64,000 nucleotides of DNA from Elusimicrobiota bacterium (GTDB taxonomy: Bacteria > Elusimicrobiota > Elusimicrobia > UBA1565). The position numbers and the translations under genes were made by a program. Each line of letters starts with the position of its first letter. Position 1 is the stretch's first letter. Under the pieces are notes generated by a model that did not search any database, had not been told where the DNA came from, and worked only from the letters and a program-made list of their open reading frames with translations. This document shows, in pieces, positions 37,888 through 46,886 of this stretch. The stretch covers positions 489 through 64,488 of the forward strand of contig JBDRPD010000001.1 of NCBI GenBank assembly GCA_043827405.1. Direction: 5' to 3'.

Positions 37888-38978
37888 CGGGCCAGCCGTT
37901 CGCTCTCGGCCTGATGTCGGGGACCTCGGCCGACGGCGTTAGCCTGGCGCTTGTCGACGCGCGGCCGCGCGTCCTCGAGCATGCGACCTACGCCTACTCG
38001 CCGGCGCTGCGCCGGCGCGTCCTCGGGGCGGCCGCGCTTGCGGCCGCCGAGCTGTCGGCGCTGGATTTCGATCTCGGCCGCCTCTTCGCCCGGGCGGCGG
38101 TGCGGTTCCTGCGCCGCCGCCGCGTATCTCCGCGCCGGCTGGCGGCGGTCGGCTCGCACGGGCAGACGGTCGTGCACCGGCCTGCGAGGCCCCGGCCGTC
38201 GACGCTGCAGATCGGCGAGCCGTCGTTTTTGGCCGAGGCCCTCGGCGCGCCGGTGGTGGCGGATTTTCGGCCGCGCGACATCGCGGCCGGCGGCGAGGGC
38301 GCGCCGCTGGTGGCGTTTTTCGACGAGGTGCTGTTCGGCGGCGGGCCGCCGGTCATCCTGCAGAATATCGGCGGGATCGGCAACGCGTCGTTTGTCGGCC
38401 GCGGGGTGCGTACGATCGCGTTCGATACCGGGCCGGGAAATGTCCTGATGGATCTCGCGGTGCGGCGCCTGACGAAAGGAGCGCTTCCGTATGACCGCGG
38501 CGGCCGGATCGCGGCCGGAGGGCGCGCCGATGAAGCGCGGGCCGCCCGGCTGCTGCGCGCTCCGTTTTTCCGCCGGCGGCCGCCGAAAAGCCTGGACCGT
38601 TCGGCGTTCGCCGAGGACTACCTGCGGCGGCATTTCCCGCCGGGCTGGGGACGCGGCGCGGATACCGTTGCGACCTTGACCTACTTCACCGCGCTGTCGA
38701 TCGCCGATGCCTGCCGGCGGCATCTGCCCTTTCGCCGTGCCCGCCGTCTCGTGCTCAGCGGCGGCGGCGCGCTCAACGCCGCGCTCGTCGGCCAGCTCCG
38801 CCGCTTGCTGGCGCCGCTTCCCGTGCAAACCAGCGCCGACTTCGGCGTTCCCGTGCTCGCCAAGGAGCCCGCGGCGATAGCGCTGATGGCGCTCTACGCC
38901 GTGCGGGGGAAGACCAACCACTGCCCGGAGGCGACCGGGGCGGCGCGGCCTCGAATCCTGGGCAAGATTACGTTCTAG
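37884..38978 (+). CDS. anmK: Anhydro-N-acetylmuramic acid kinase
   Basis: GLMSGTSADG, GSHGQTV.H, DFRPRDIAAGGEGAPL, NIGGI.N, FDTGPGN, SGGG..N; start ATG 37884. Confidence 0.96.
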   Translation: MTGQPFALGLMSGTSADGVSLALVDARPRVLEHATYAYSPALRRRVLGAAALAAAELSALDFDLGRLFARAAVRFLRRRRVSPRRLAAVGSHGQTVVHRPARPRPSTLQIGEPSFLAEALGAPVVADFRPRDIAAGGEGAPLVAFFDEVLFGGGPPVILQNIGGIGNASFVGRGVRTIAFDTGPGNVLMDLAVRRLTKGALPYDRGGRIAAGGRADEARAARLLRAPFFRRRPPKSLDRSAFAEDYLRRHFPPGWGRGADTVATLTYFTALSIADACRRHLPFRRARRLVLSGGGALNAALVGQLRRLLAPLPVQTSADFGVPVLAKEPAAIALMALYAVRGKTNHCPEATGAARPRILGKITF

Positions 38979-39117
38979 CCCCGCCTTACGGCGGGACCAG
39001 CCGCCTTGATGGGCCAAGCATAGGAACTGCGGATTCCCGATAGGTTGCCAGCCCCGCCTTACGGCGGGACCAGCCGCCTCGATGAACCGAGCATAGGAAT
39101 TACGGATTCCCGATAGG
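38977..39117. repeat. Two tandem 68-bp REP-like units (period 73), each with hairpin CCCGCC-TTAC-GGCGGG
   Basis: 38977-39044 and 39050-39117 are near-identical; they lie between convergent genes. Confidence 0.85.
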
Positions 39118-39120
39118 CGG

Positions 39121-41376
39121 CTAGTACCCGAAGCGGAAGGACTTGAGGAAGCGCATGTACTCTTTGCGGTATTCGAGGAAGGTCTCTTCGGTCGTGGACA
39201 GCTTGACGACGGCGTAGGCGTCGCTGCTGGCGGGGATGAAGGCGTAGTAGTGGTGCAGCGTTACGGTGGCGGCGGGCAGGCGACCATGCGGAAGCAGGCG
39301 CGATTCCCGTACCTCGAAGATGCGCGCCGCCCGCCCGGAGACGCGCAAAGAGCGCAGCGGCGTGGCCTCCTGTTTAGCCGGTCCTTCCCGGTCATGCAGC
39401 CGCTTGAGAAAATCCCGTGCGGGCAGATAGTCCTGGAAGTCCTTTTCATAGAAATGGACATGATAGGCGGCGCGCCAGGCGCCCGCCGCTTCATCGGGTC
39501 CAAGAATATGGACGGAGATGCTGCGCGGCGTCTTCTCCTCGACCGTGTCCCAGCCCGCGGGGATGTCGGCGGAAAAGCTGCGGCCGGGCGGCTGAAAATA
39601 GACATGCTTGGCGGGAGCGGCGCCGCCGTCGCGGCGGGCCGGCGCGGCTGCGAGGATGCCCGCTTGGTGCAGGATCGTGCGCGCGCCGTCCGGGGTTCCC
39701 GCCGCCGCCTGGGTGAGAAAATCGCGGAAGTCCTCGCTCCGGCTCTTCCACTCGTAAAACTGCGCCGCCCGTGCCGTCTCGAGCGCCGGGTCCTTGCCGG
39801 TATTTATACGCAGGAGGCTGTAGAATTGGAACTCCGCGAGGGTCGCCCGGTTCGCCGCCCCCGCCGCTGAAATCAGCGCATGCAGCAGCGCTCCGGCGAG
39901 CTGCTCGTCGGAGCGGGCCTTTTTGGGCCAGCTGTTGAGGTCCGGCGGCGGAACGCCGAGCCGCTCGTAAACGCCGGCCGCGGCGGGAAGCCGGTAGGTC
40001 TCGCGCCCCCGCATCAGCCGCCGCCGGGTGAGCTCGCGCACTCCGTCGTTTAAGGCGATCTGCCAGGCGCCGCCGCTGTCCGGTGCGGTTTTTTGATACC
40101 AGTCCCCGGCGCCGGAGAGGTTTTCATCGATAATGATCCCGGGGGAGCTGCGCATGAGCTCGCCGAGGGCGGCCGCCCGGTCTTCCGCCGCCGCATGACG
40201 GGCGATCAGCTCAAGCAGCTGCTTTACACGCGGCGCATACTGCGCGGTCTGCAGAAAGGCGGTGAATTTTTCGGCGTCAAAAGCCGGCGCGGGCGCGGGT
40301 TCTGCCTGAGAAGTCGCTGCCGGCGGTTCGTCTTCCGGCTCCAGGTCATCGGCCGGGCCGGTCGCCGGGGCCGTCCCGTCCGGCGGAGAGAACGGCAGCG
40401 GCAACGGCGGCGCCGGGCTCGCGGCTGCGGGCGGCGGCAGCTCCGCCGAGACCGTCGGCTTGAGAACTTCCTGCGCCAGATCAGAGTATGCCGTGGTCGT
40501 GGTGACCGGCGGCGGAACGGCGGATTCGGTTTTAAACGTCTCGGTCATCGAATGCTGCGGAGCGTCCGCCGCGCTGGGGGGGGCGACGGCCGGCGCCGAA
40601 GGGGCGGCTGCTGGCGGCGGCGCCGGAGATGCGGGCGGCGGCGCCGGAGGCGCGGGCGGCGGGGCTTCGGCGGGGGCGGAATCCGCCTGATCCAATTCTT
40701 CTTCCGTCGGCAGCGGCGGCGGACTCTCCGTTCCGCTCGCCGGCGCGGGTCGGCTCGCCGCGGCCGCGCGGGCAGCCGCGGGCTCTGCCGTCGCTACTTT
40801 AACGACGGTTGGGCTGATCCTGCTCGACAGCGGCATAAGCGGTCCGGCTAGAGTGTCGAGCGGCCGATCCCGCGGGAACGCGACGCCCCGGGGTACCGCG
40901 CTGGGGGCGAGGATGCGGCTGTCATTGGGCGGCGCCGGGCCCGCCGTCTCCGCCAGGCCGGCGTTAAGCTCGAAGGCTTCTTTGTCGGAGAAGAAGGGAG
41001 TGAGCTGGTCGCGCATGCTCTTCGACAGCAGCTTCCATTTTTTGCGGCCGATCTCCCGCAATTCGTTCTTGTCCTCTTCAGGCAGGTCTGGCGTGAAGTT
41101 GCTGCGGTTGAAGATGAGGTTGATTCTCATCAGCGCGGTCAGCCGCGCCCCGCTGCGCAGCTCTTCGATGAGATAGAAGTAGTCGTCGGCGAGAACCGGG
41201 CTGGAGGTCTGCGGCCGCAGCAGCCGGCCTTCACTGTCGAACTGGTAGCCCTTTTCCGTAAGGAGGGTGAGATCCAGGTCGCGTACCGGCGTCTCGTTGA
41301 GGCTGAACAGGCGGCCGGGTTCGGCCTGGGCCGAGGCGAGCAGCAGTCCGGCGAGAGCGAGCGAAGCGGCGGTCAT
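39121..41376 (-). CDS. Secreted Pro/Ala-rich protein with a C-terminal PsbP/Mog1-like domain
   Basis: Signal peptide, long PAP/PPP linker, C-terminal FSADIPAGW...FLKSFRF pattern; domain call tentative. Confidence 0.65.
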   Translation of the reverse strand: MTAASLALAGLLLASAQAEPGRLFSLNETPVRDLDLTLLTEKGYQFDSEGRLLRPQTSSPVLADDYFYLIEELRSGARLTALMRINLIFNRSNFTPDLPEEDKNELREIGRKKWKLLSKSMRDQLTPFFSDKEAFELNAGLAETAGPAPPNDSRILAPSAVPRGVAFPRDRPLDTLAGPLMPLSSRISPTVVKVATAEPAAARAAAASRPAPASGTESPPPLPTEEELDQADSAPAEAPPPAPPAPPPASPAPPPAAAPSAPAVAPPSAADAPQHSMTETFKTESAVPPPVTTTTAYSDLAQEVLKPTVSAELPPPAAASPAPPLPLPFSPPDGTAPATGPADDLEPEDEPPAATSQAEPAPAPAFDAEKFTAFLQTAQYAPRVKQLLELIARHAAAEDRAAALGELMRSSPGIIIDENLSGAGDWYQKTAPDSGGAWQIALNDGVRELTRRRLMRGRETYRLPAAAGVYERLGVPPPDLNSWPKKARSDEQLAGALLHALISAAGAANRATLAEFQFYSLLRINTGKDPALETARAAQFYEWKSRSEDFRDFLTQAAAGTPDGARTILHQAGILAAAPARRDGGAAPAKHVYFQPPGRSFSADIPAGWDTVEEKTPRSISVHILGPDEAAGAWRAAYHVHFYEKDFQDYLPARDFLKRLHDREGPAKQEATPLRSLRVSGRAARIFEVRESRLLPHGRLPAATVTLHHYYAFIPASSDAYAVVKLSTTEETFLEYRKEYMRFLKSFRFGY

Positions 41377-41447
41377 GCGGTCCTATTGTACATTCTTGCT
41401 CTTGCGTAAATATTGCGCGTTCGCCGGGTATCACGCATAATAGGGCG

Positions 41448-42917
41448 GTGGCGGAATTAGGTAATAATCCTTTCCTGCTGTGGACCATCGGGACGCTCGC
41501 GGCTTTGGTCGTGATCGGCTTTGTGACTTCGCTGCGCGTGAAGAGCGCGTCCGATTTCTACCGCGCCGGCAAAAAGGTGCCGGCGTGGGCGGTCGCGATA
41601 TCGCTGGTCGCCGCCGAGATGTCGGTCATCACCGTGCTCGGCCTCTCCGCTGAGGCCTATGCCAAGGACTGGCGCTATGTGCATTTCTTCCTCGGCGCGG
41701 CGGCCGGACGCGTCGTCGTCGCGGCGCTGTTCGTGCCGGCGTTCTATGCGGCGGGGGATCCGTCGATCTACCAGTACCTGCGCGGCCGTTTCGGACCGCC
41801 CGTGCAGTATGCCGCCTCCGGCCTGTTCTGCGCTACGCGGCTGACCGGCGGCGCGGTGCGGCTGCTGCTGGCGGCGATCACGGTTTCTATTCTGACCGGC
41901 GTGCCGCCCCACTTCATCCTTGTCCCGGTCTGCCTGGTGAGCGTATGCTATCTCGGCTTCGGCGGCGCGGCGGCGGCCGTATGGGGCGGCGTTCTGCAGG
42001 CGGCCGTTATCACGGGCGCGGGGCTCGCGCTGCTGGTATTTCTTCAGGGGCGCCTGCAGGGGGGCGTCGGCGAGCTGATGCATGTCGCGCGGGAGGCCGG
42101 ACGGCTGGACCTGTGGGGGCGCGGCGCGGGAGACAGTATGGCGGCGGCCATGCTCGGGGCTTTTGTCGGCGCACTGTGGTCCTTCGGCGCCGACCAGGAG
42201 ATGATGCAGCGGGTGCTGTGCGTGCGCGATATGCGGGCGGGACGGCGCGCCCTGCTGGCGAGCATCCCTTTGGCCGGCGCGGCGATGGCGGTCTTTCTCG
42301 CGGCCGGAACGGGAATCTTCCTCTATTATGAGCAGCATCCGGAGCTGGCGCTGCCCCCGCATGCGAGCTATATCTTCTCGCACTTTTCGGTGCAGGTGCT
42401 GCCGGAGCCTCTGCTCGGGCTGCTGGCCGCCGCGATCCTGATGGCGGCGGTCGACCTGCCGCTGGTGGGGCTGGCGACGGTGGCGGTCAGGGATTTCCCG
42501 TTTTTCCGCCAGGCGCGCAAGAGGGGACAGTCCCAGCTGCTCAACGTATTTTCGGCCGTGCTCGCGGCCGGCGCGCTGTCCGCCGGGCTCGCCTTTCTGC
42601 TGCTCTCGCATACCGAGTGGATTTGGCGGGCGATCCGTGCTTCCGGGCTGCTGATGAGTCCCGTGCTCGGCGCTTTTGTCATCGGCATCTGCACGCGCTG
42701 GCGGGTGCCGCGCGCCTGCGCCTGGGTCGTTCCGTCGGTGGCCGGCGCTAATTTACTGCTGCTCGCCGGCTCGGAGTACGGGGCGCTTCCCCTGGGCTGG
42801 CGGGGTCTTATGGTATTCGGCGTGTTCGGTACGGTGATTCTTGTCCGGCTTCTGGGGCCCCTCCTCGACGGCCGCAAGTTCGCCAACAAAGGCACCAGTA
42901 AAGGTACCGGTTATTAA
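41448..42917 (+). CDS. Sodium:solute symporter (SSS) family transporter
   Basis: DFYRAGK.VPAWAVAISLVAAEMS, SIYQYL..RFG, DQEMMQR; about 13 TMs; GTG start. Confidence 0.9.
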   Translation: MAELGNNPFLLWTIGTLAALVVIGFVTSLRVKSASDFYRAGKKVPAWAVAISLVAAEMSVITVLGLSAEAYAKDWRYVHFFLGAAAGRVVVAALFVPAFYAAGDPSIYQYLRGRFGPPVQYAASGLFCATRLTGGAVRLLLAAITVSILTGVPPHFILVPVCLVSVCYLGFGGAAAAVWGGVLQAAVITGAGLALLVFLQGRLQGGVGELMHVAREAGRLDLWGRGAGDSMAAAMLGAFVGALWSFGADQEMMQRVLCVRDMRAGRRALLASIPLAGAAMAVFLAAGTGIFLYYEQHPELALPPHASYIFSHFSVQVLPEPLLGLLAAAILMAAVDLPLVGLATVAVRDFPFFRQARKRGQSQLLNVFSAVLAAGALSAGLAFLLLSHTEWIWRAIRASGLLMSPVLGAFVIGICTRWRVPRACAWVVPSVAGANLLLLAGSEYGALPLGWRGLMVFGVFGTVILVRLLGPLLDGRKFANKGTSKGTGY

Positions 42918-43026
42918 CTTTAACTTTTGATTTAAGAATGGGAAAACGTCAGCAAAAGTTAATGTTAATAACCGGTACCGAAATAATGTTAAAAACCGGT
43001 ACCGGATGGAGGGTGGTACCGGATGG
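42903..43026. repeat. AT-rich GGTACC-repeat cluster: 27-bp inverted repeat plus direct repeats
   Basis: 42903-42929 vs 42953-42979 (1 mismatch, 23-nt loop); taatgttaa.aaccggtaccg twice with period 24; ggtaccggatgg twice. Confidence 0.85.
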
Positions 43027-43072
43027 GGGGCGCATTGACAAATCACGGCCGGAGCCTAATAATTATAGGGCC

Positions 43073-45391
43073 ATGACCCGCCGCCTGGTATTACTATCCG
43101 TTGCGGCCTTTTTGCTGAGCGCCGCGCTGCCGTTTCCCGCCCGGAGCTGGGTCCAGTGCGATCAGCTTGAATATGATATCGGGCGGACCGCTCCGGACTG
43201 CGCGCGGAAGGAAAAGGCCAAAAACCAGGCCCAGACGGAATGGCAGAAATATCAGCGGCTGTGCGAGCGCAACTCGCAGCAAGATAGCGACAGCAACTAC
43301 TGCGCGATCGCCAGCCGCAACAAAGCCGCCTACCTGCAGGCCAACGCTCTTTATGAGAAGTGCATTAAGGTCCTCAACGGCTACAAAAACACCCATGCCC
43401 AGAACGGCTGCGAGAGCAAAGAAGGCTGTTCGGGCGAGTGCTGCAACCCGTCGACCAGCGAGATGCGCCGCCTGTGTCAGTTCAAGACGGGGCACAGCAC
43501 CAGGGATCGTACAGTCGAGGAACAGGTGGCGCCCGGCCTGCAGGCGATTCCCACTTTCTCCTCCGGCGACGGAACGCTGTGTCACGACGGCCGCAAGCTG
43601 CGCAGCAGCAATAAGTGCGAGCGCCCCCCCGGGCAGGCGGAGGAGGCTTGGGAGCGGCCGCCGGACGAGGACCCCGGCAGCGGGGGGGGCGGCGACTACG
43701 CGGCGATCAAGAACGAGGAGAAGGGCTGGGAGCGGCTCAACGAGGACCGGGGGAAGTTCCGGGGCGGCCGCAGCGCCAGCAATGCCGGCGGCGGCAGCAG
43801 CGGCGTCGGCCGGGGCCGGCTGAAGGAGTTCGCCGCCGACGACTATATCAATAAAATGCGGCCGGACTTCGGCACCTTCGAGCAGGGAGAAGGCGGCAAG
43901 ATGCTCGGCCCGAGCGCGGCGGACCGCGAGCGCTCGGATAAGTTCGTCGGCTATGCCCGGCAGCTGATTATGGGCGGCGACCCGAAGCAGGCGATAAAGT
44001 ATCTGCTGCAGGCCATTCAGTCCAATCCCTTCAATGCCGAAGCGCATTACAAGCTGGCCCAGGCGTATAACATGACGAAGAATTATGCCGGCGCCGAGCG
44101 GGCCGCCCAGGAGGCGGTGCGCCTCGATCCGAACAACGCCAAGGCCTATGAGGAGCTGGCCTGGGCGCAGCTGCATCAAGGTAAATTCAAAGATGCCTTG
44201 AGCGCCGCCAAGCGGGCGGCCGAGCTTGCTCCCAACAGCGCTTGGGCGCATGCGCTCGCGGCGATGGCGTATGAGGGTATGGGCGATCACAGCCGGATGA
44301 TCGCGGCGCTGGAGAGAGCCGCGGCGCTCGACACCGTCTTCCTCGGCCATTTGCAGCTCGCGCGGGCGCAGATGCGGATTTTCAATCCGAACCGCGACAA
44401 TGAATTTCTCCGCGGGGCGATCCCGATGGCGCAGAGGAAGGGCAGCCTGTGGAAATTCCTGGCACTTGTAGCCCTGCTGACCGGTATGCTGGCTTTGGTC
44501 TGGTGGAAGTTCTCGCATATGCTCAAGCCTTTTAACGACGCATTGGCGCGTAAGCTGACGGGGAAAGCCTCGCCGGCGGTAACAAAGCAGGAAGAATTTA
44601 TGGCGGAGGGCGGGCTCAAAGTCGGCAAGTTCGAGCTGACGCGCATTATTGGGAAAGGCTCGATGGGCGTGGTATGGGAAGGCAAGGACCCGGCGCTTGA
44701 CCGGGCCGTGGCGGTCAAGAAAATGGCGGCCGAGCTGGGGGAAAATGGCTCGCAGGCGCGGGCGCAGCTGGTGCAGTCGTTTAAGGCCGCGGCCGCGCTG
44801 CAGCATCCCGATATCGTGGAGATCTACGAGATCATCGACGACAAGACCGGGCTCTATGTCGTCTTTGAGCTGGTGCAGGGGCGGACGCTGCGCCGGATTA
44901 TCGACGAGCACAAGACCATGCCGCTGCCGGCCGCGACCATGATCCTGCTCCCCGTCTGCCGGGCGCTGAGCTTCGTCCATGGGAAGGGCCTTTCCCACCG
45001 GGCCCTCAAGCCCTCGAATATAATGCTCAACGCGCAGGGACAGGCCAAGGTTACGGATTGCGGCATCGCGCATCCGGCGCAGAGCCCGTCGCTCTATACG
45101 GCGCCGGAGGCCGCTCAGGGCTTGGTGACGCCGCTGGCGGACGTGTATGCCCTGGGGTTGTGCTGCTATGAGATGCTCACCGGCGAGCGGCCTTATGGCG
45201 ATGCTCCCGCTCATGCCAGCACCCATTTGGGCTATGTGCCGGCCAGCCAGCGGGTCGCCGGTCTGCCGCCGCAGCTCGACGTTCTCATCGATCGCGCGCT
45301 CAAGCCGCGAAAGGAAGAGCGGCTGCAAAGCGTCCAGGAATTCTACGCCCTGCTGGCGGCGGTACCGGGAGCCGTTACGCCGGCCGCCTGA
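43073..45391 (+). CDS. Receptor-like Ser/Thr pseudokinase: signal peptide, Cys-rich domain, TPR, TM, degenerate kinase domain
   Basis: Start ATG 43073 (TTGACA upstream); TPR helices; GKGSMG, VAVKK, but HRALKPSN and DCG in place of HRD and DFG. Confidence 0.85.
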   Translation: MTRRLVLLSVAAFLLSAALPFPARSWVQCDQLEYDIGRTAPDCARKEKAKNQAQTEWQKYQRLCERNSQQDSDSNYCAIASRNKAAYLQANALYEKCIKVLNGYKNTHAQNGCESKEGCSGECCNPSTSEMRRLCQFKTGHSTRDRTVEEQVAPGLQAIPTFSSGDGTLCHDGRKLRSSNKCERPPGQAEEAWERPPDEDPGSGGGGDYAAIKNEEKGWERLNEDRGKFRGGRSASNAGGGSSGVGRGRLKEFAADDYINKMRPDFGTFEQGEGGKMLGPSAADRERSDKFVGYARQLIMGGDPKQAIKYLLQAIQSNPFNAEAHYKLAQAYNMTKNYAGAERAAQEAVRLDPNNAKAYEELAWAQLHQGKFKDALSAAKRAAELAPNSAWAHALAAMAYEGMGDHSRMIAALERAAALDTVFLGHLQLARAQMRIFNPNRDNEFLRGAIPMAQRKGSLWKFLALVALLTGMLALVWWKFSHMLKPFNDALARKLTGKASPAVTKQEEFMAEGGLKVGKFELTRIIGKGSMGVVWEGKDPALDRAVAVKKMAAELGENGSQARAQLVQSFKAAAALQHPDIVEIYEIIDDKTGLYVVFELVQGRTLRRIIDEHKTMPLPAATMILLPVCRALSFVHGKGLSHRALKPSNIMLNAQGQAKVTDCGIAHPAQSPSLYTAPEAAQGLVTPLADVYALGLCCYEMLTGERPYGDAPAHASTHLGYVPASQRVAGLPPQLDVLIDRALKPRKEERLQSVQEFYALLAAVPGAVTPAA

Positions 45392-45392
45392 G

Positions 45393-46886
45393 ATGCCTAT
45401 CGCCGCGCTGCTGACGGCCCTGCTGACGGCGGCCGCAGCCGGCGTTTCCGGCGGCGCGTTCGACGACTCCAACACCTATACCGAGCAGGCGCGTGCCGCG
45501 CTGCGGGCGGGAGACCTCCAGTCCGCGGTCGACCGCACGGGACAAGCGCTGGAGCTTTATCCCCGGAACGCCGAGGCCTACCGCGTTAGGGCTTCGGCCT
45601 TCAATGCGCAGGAGCGCTACAGCGAGGCGGAGATCGCCGCCCATGCGTCCCTGCGCCTGGAGCCGCGCAGCTCCTACGCCAATAATGAGCTGGCCTGGGC
45701 GCTGCTCCATCTGCGGCGCTACGCGGAGGCGGCGGAAAGCGCGTCGCGGTCGATCAGCGGCCGGCCCGACGGCGCGCAGGCTTATGCGCTGCGCGCCATG
45801 GCGCATGAAGGGCTCGGCCTCGGGAAGGAGTCGCTCGCCGATCTGCAGAAGGCCGCGGATCTGGATCCGCTCCGGCATGGGCAAAGCCTGCAAATCGTGC
45901 GCGAGGGCGGCTCGCTGCTCGGCGCCGGCAAGCGGCAGGTCTCGGAAGCGGCTTATGCCGTCGGGGCGGCGGCGCTGGTGCTGGTCGCGTTTGTCTTATG
46001 GGCGCTTTTTCGCAAATCCGCTTCCGCCGCGCGGCAGAAAGAAGAGGCCGCGGTGGAGGTGCGCGCGCCGCCGCCGCCGGGCCTCGAGGCCGGCGGCCTG
46101 ATCGCCGGCCGGTACCAGCTCGTCCATATCATCGGCCGCGGCGGCATGGGGCAGGTATGGGAAGCGCGCGATACGTCGCTTGACCGTCCCGTGGCGGTCA
46201 AGGAGTTCTCGCGCGAGCTGGGTGAGCGCGGCTCGCAGCTGCGCGGGCTGTTCGTCCAGGAAGCGAAGACGGTGGCGGCCTTGAAGCACCGGCATATCGC
46301 CGACATCTACGAGATTCTGGACAGCCCGGAAGGGCTGTATATGATCTTCGAGTTCGTGCGCGGCCGGACCGTGCAGCATATCCTGGCGGAGAGAAAGACG
46401 CTCCCGGTTCCCGAGATCCTTACGGTGCTGCGGCCGGTATGCGAGGCGCTGGAATACGCGCATCAGCACGGCGTCGTGCACCGCGATCTCAAGCCGTCCA
46501 ATATAATGGTGGACGAACAGGGCTTTATCAAGCTGCTGGATTTCGGCATCGCCCGGCACCTGGGAGCGGCCGTCGAGCAGGAGAGCGCCGGAGCCGCGGT
46601 TCCCGGCGCGTCGCCGCTGCGTCTGGCGCATACGCGGACCGTCGTCGGCACGCCGGGCTATATGCCGCCGGAGGCCGCTGCGGGAATCATCAGCCCCGCC
46701 GCCGATGTCTACGCGCTCGGCGTCTGCTTCTACGAAATGCTGACCGGGAATATCCCGCCCTCGCCGTTTCCGGGCGGGGTGTCTCCCGGGGTGGACGCGC
46801 TCATGGCGCGCTGCGTGCATCCGGACTACCGGTCCAGAATACACTCAGCCGGGGAGTTTCGGGCGATGCTGGAGCGGCTGGCTTAG
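45393..46886 (+). CDS. Receptor-like Hanks-type Ser/Thr kinase with extracytoplasmic TPR
   Basis: Signal peptide from ATG 45393, TPRs, TM, GRGGMG, VAVKE, HRDLKPSN, DFG, GTPGYMPPE. Confidence 0.92.
   Translation: MPIAALLTALLTAAAAGVSGGAFDDSNTYTEQARAALRAGDLQSAVDRTGQALELYPRNAEAYRVRASAFNAQERYSEAEIAAHASLRLEPRSSYANNELAWALLHLRRYAEAAESASRSISGRPDGAQAYALRAMAHEGLGLGKESLADLQKAADLDPLRHGQSLQIVREGGSLLGAGKRQVSEAAYAVGAAALVLVAFVLWALFRKSASAARQKEEAAVEVRAPPPPGLEAGGLIAGRYQLVHIIGRGGMGQVWEARDTSLDRPVAVKEFSRELGERGSQLRGLFVQEAKTVAALKHRHIADIYEILDSPEGLYMIFEFVRGRTVQHILAERKTLPVPEILTVLRPVCEALEYAHQHGVVHRDLKPSNIMVDEQGFIKLLDFGIARHLGAAVEQESAGAAVPGASPLRLAHTRTVVGTPGYMPPEAAAGIISPAADVYALGVCFYEMLTGNIPPSPFPGGVSPGVDALMARCVHPDYRSRIHSAGEFRAMLERLA

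Noticed and set aside
38977-39117. Possible CRISPR array
   Set aside because: Only two units, similar along their whole length with no unique spacers, and no cas genes in the window
43094-45475. 793-aa antisense ORF, and similar long shadow ORFs (25194..27566, 29451..31382, 49427..51298, 56761..58686)
   Set aside because: They lie opposite well-supported genes, have no motifs, and are expected from GC-rich codon bias
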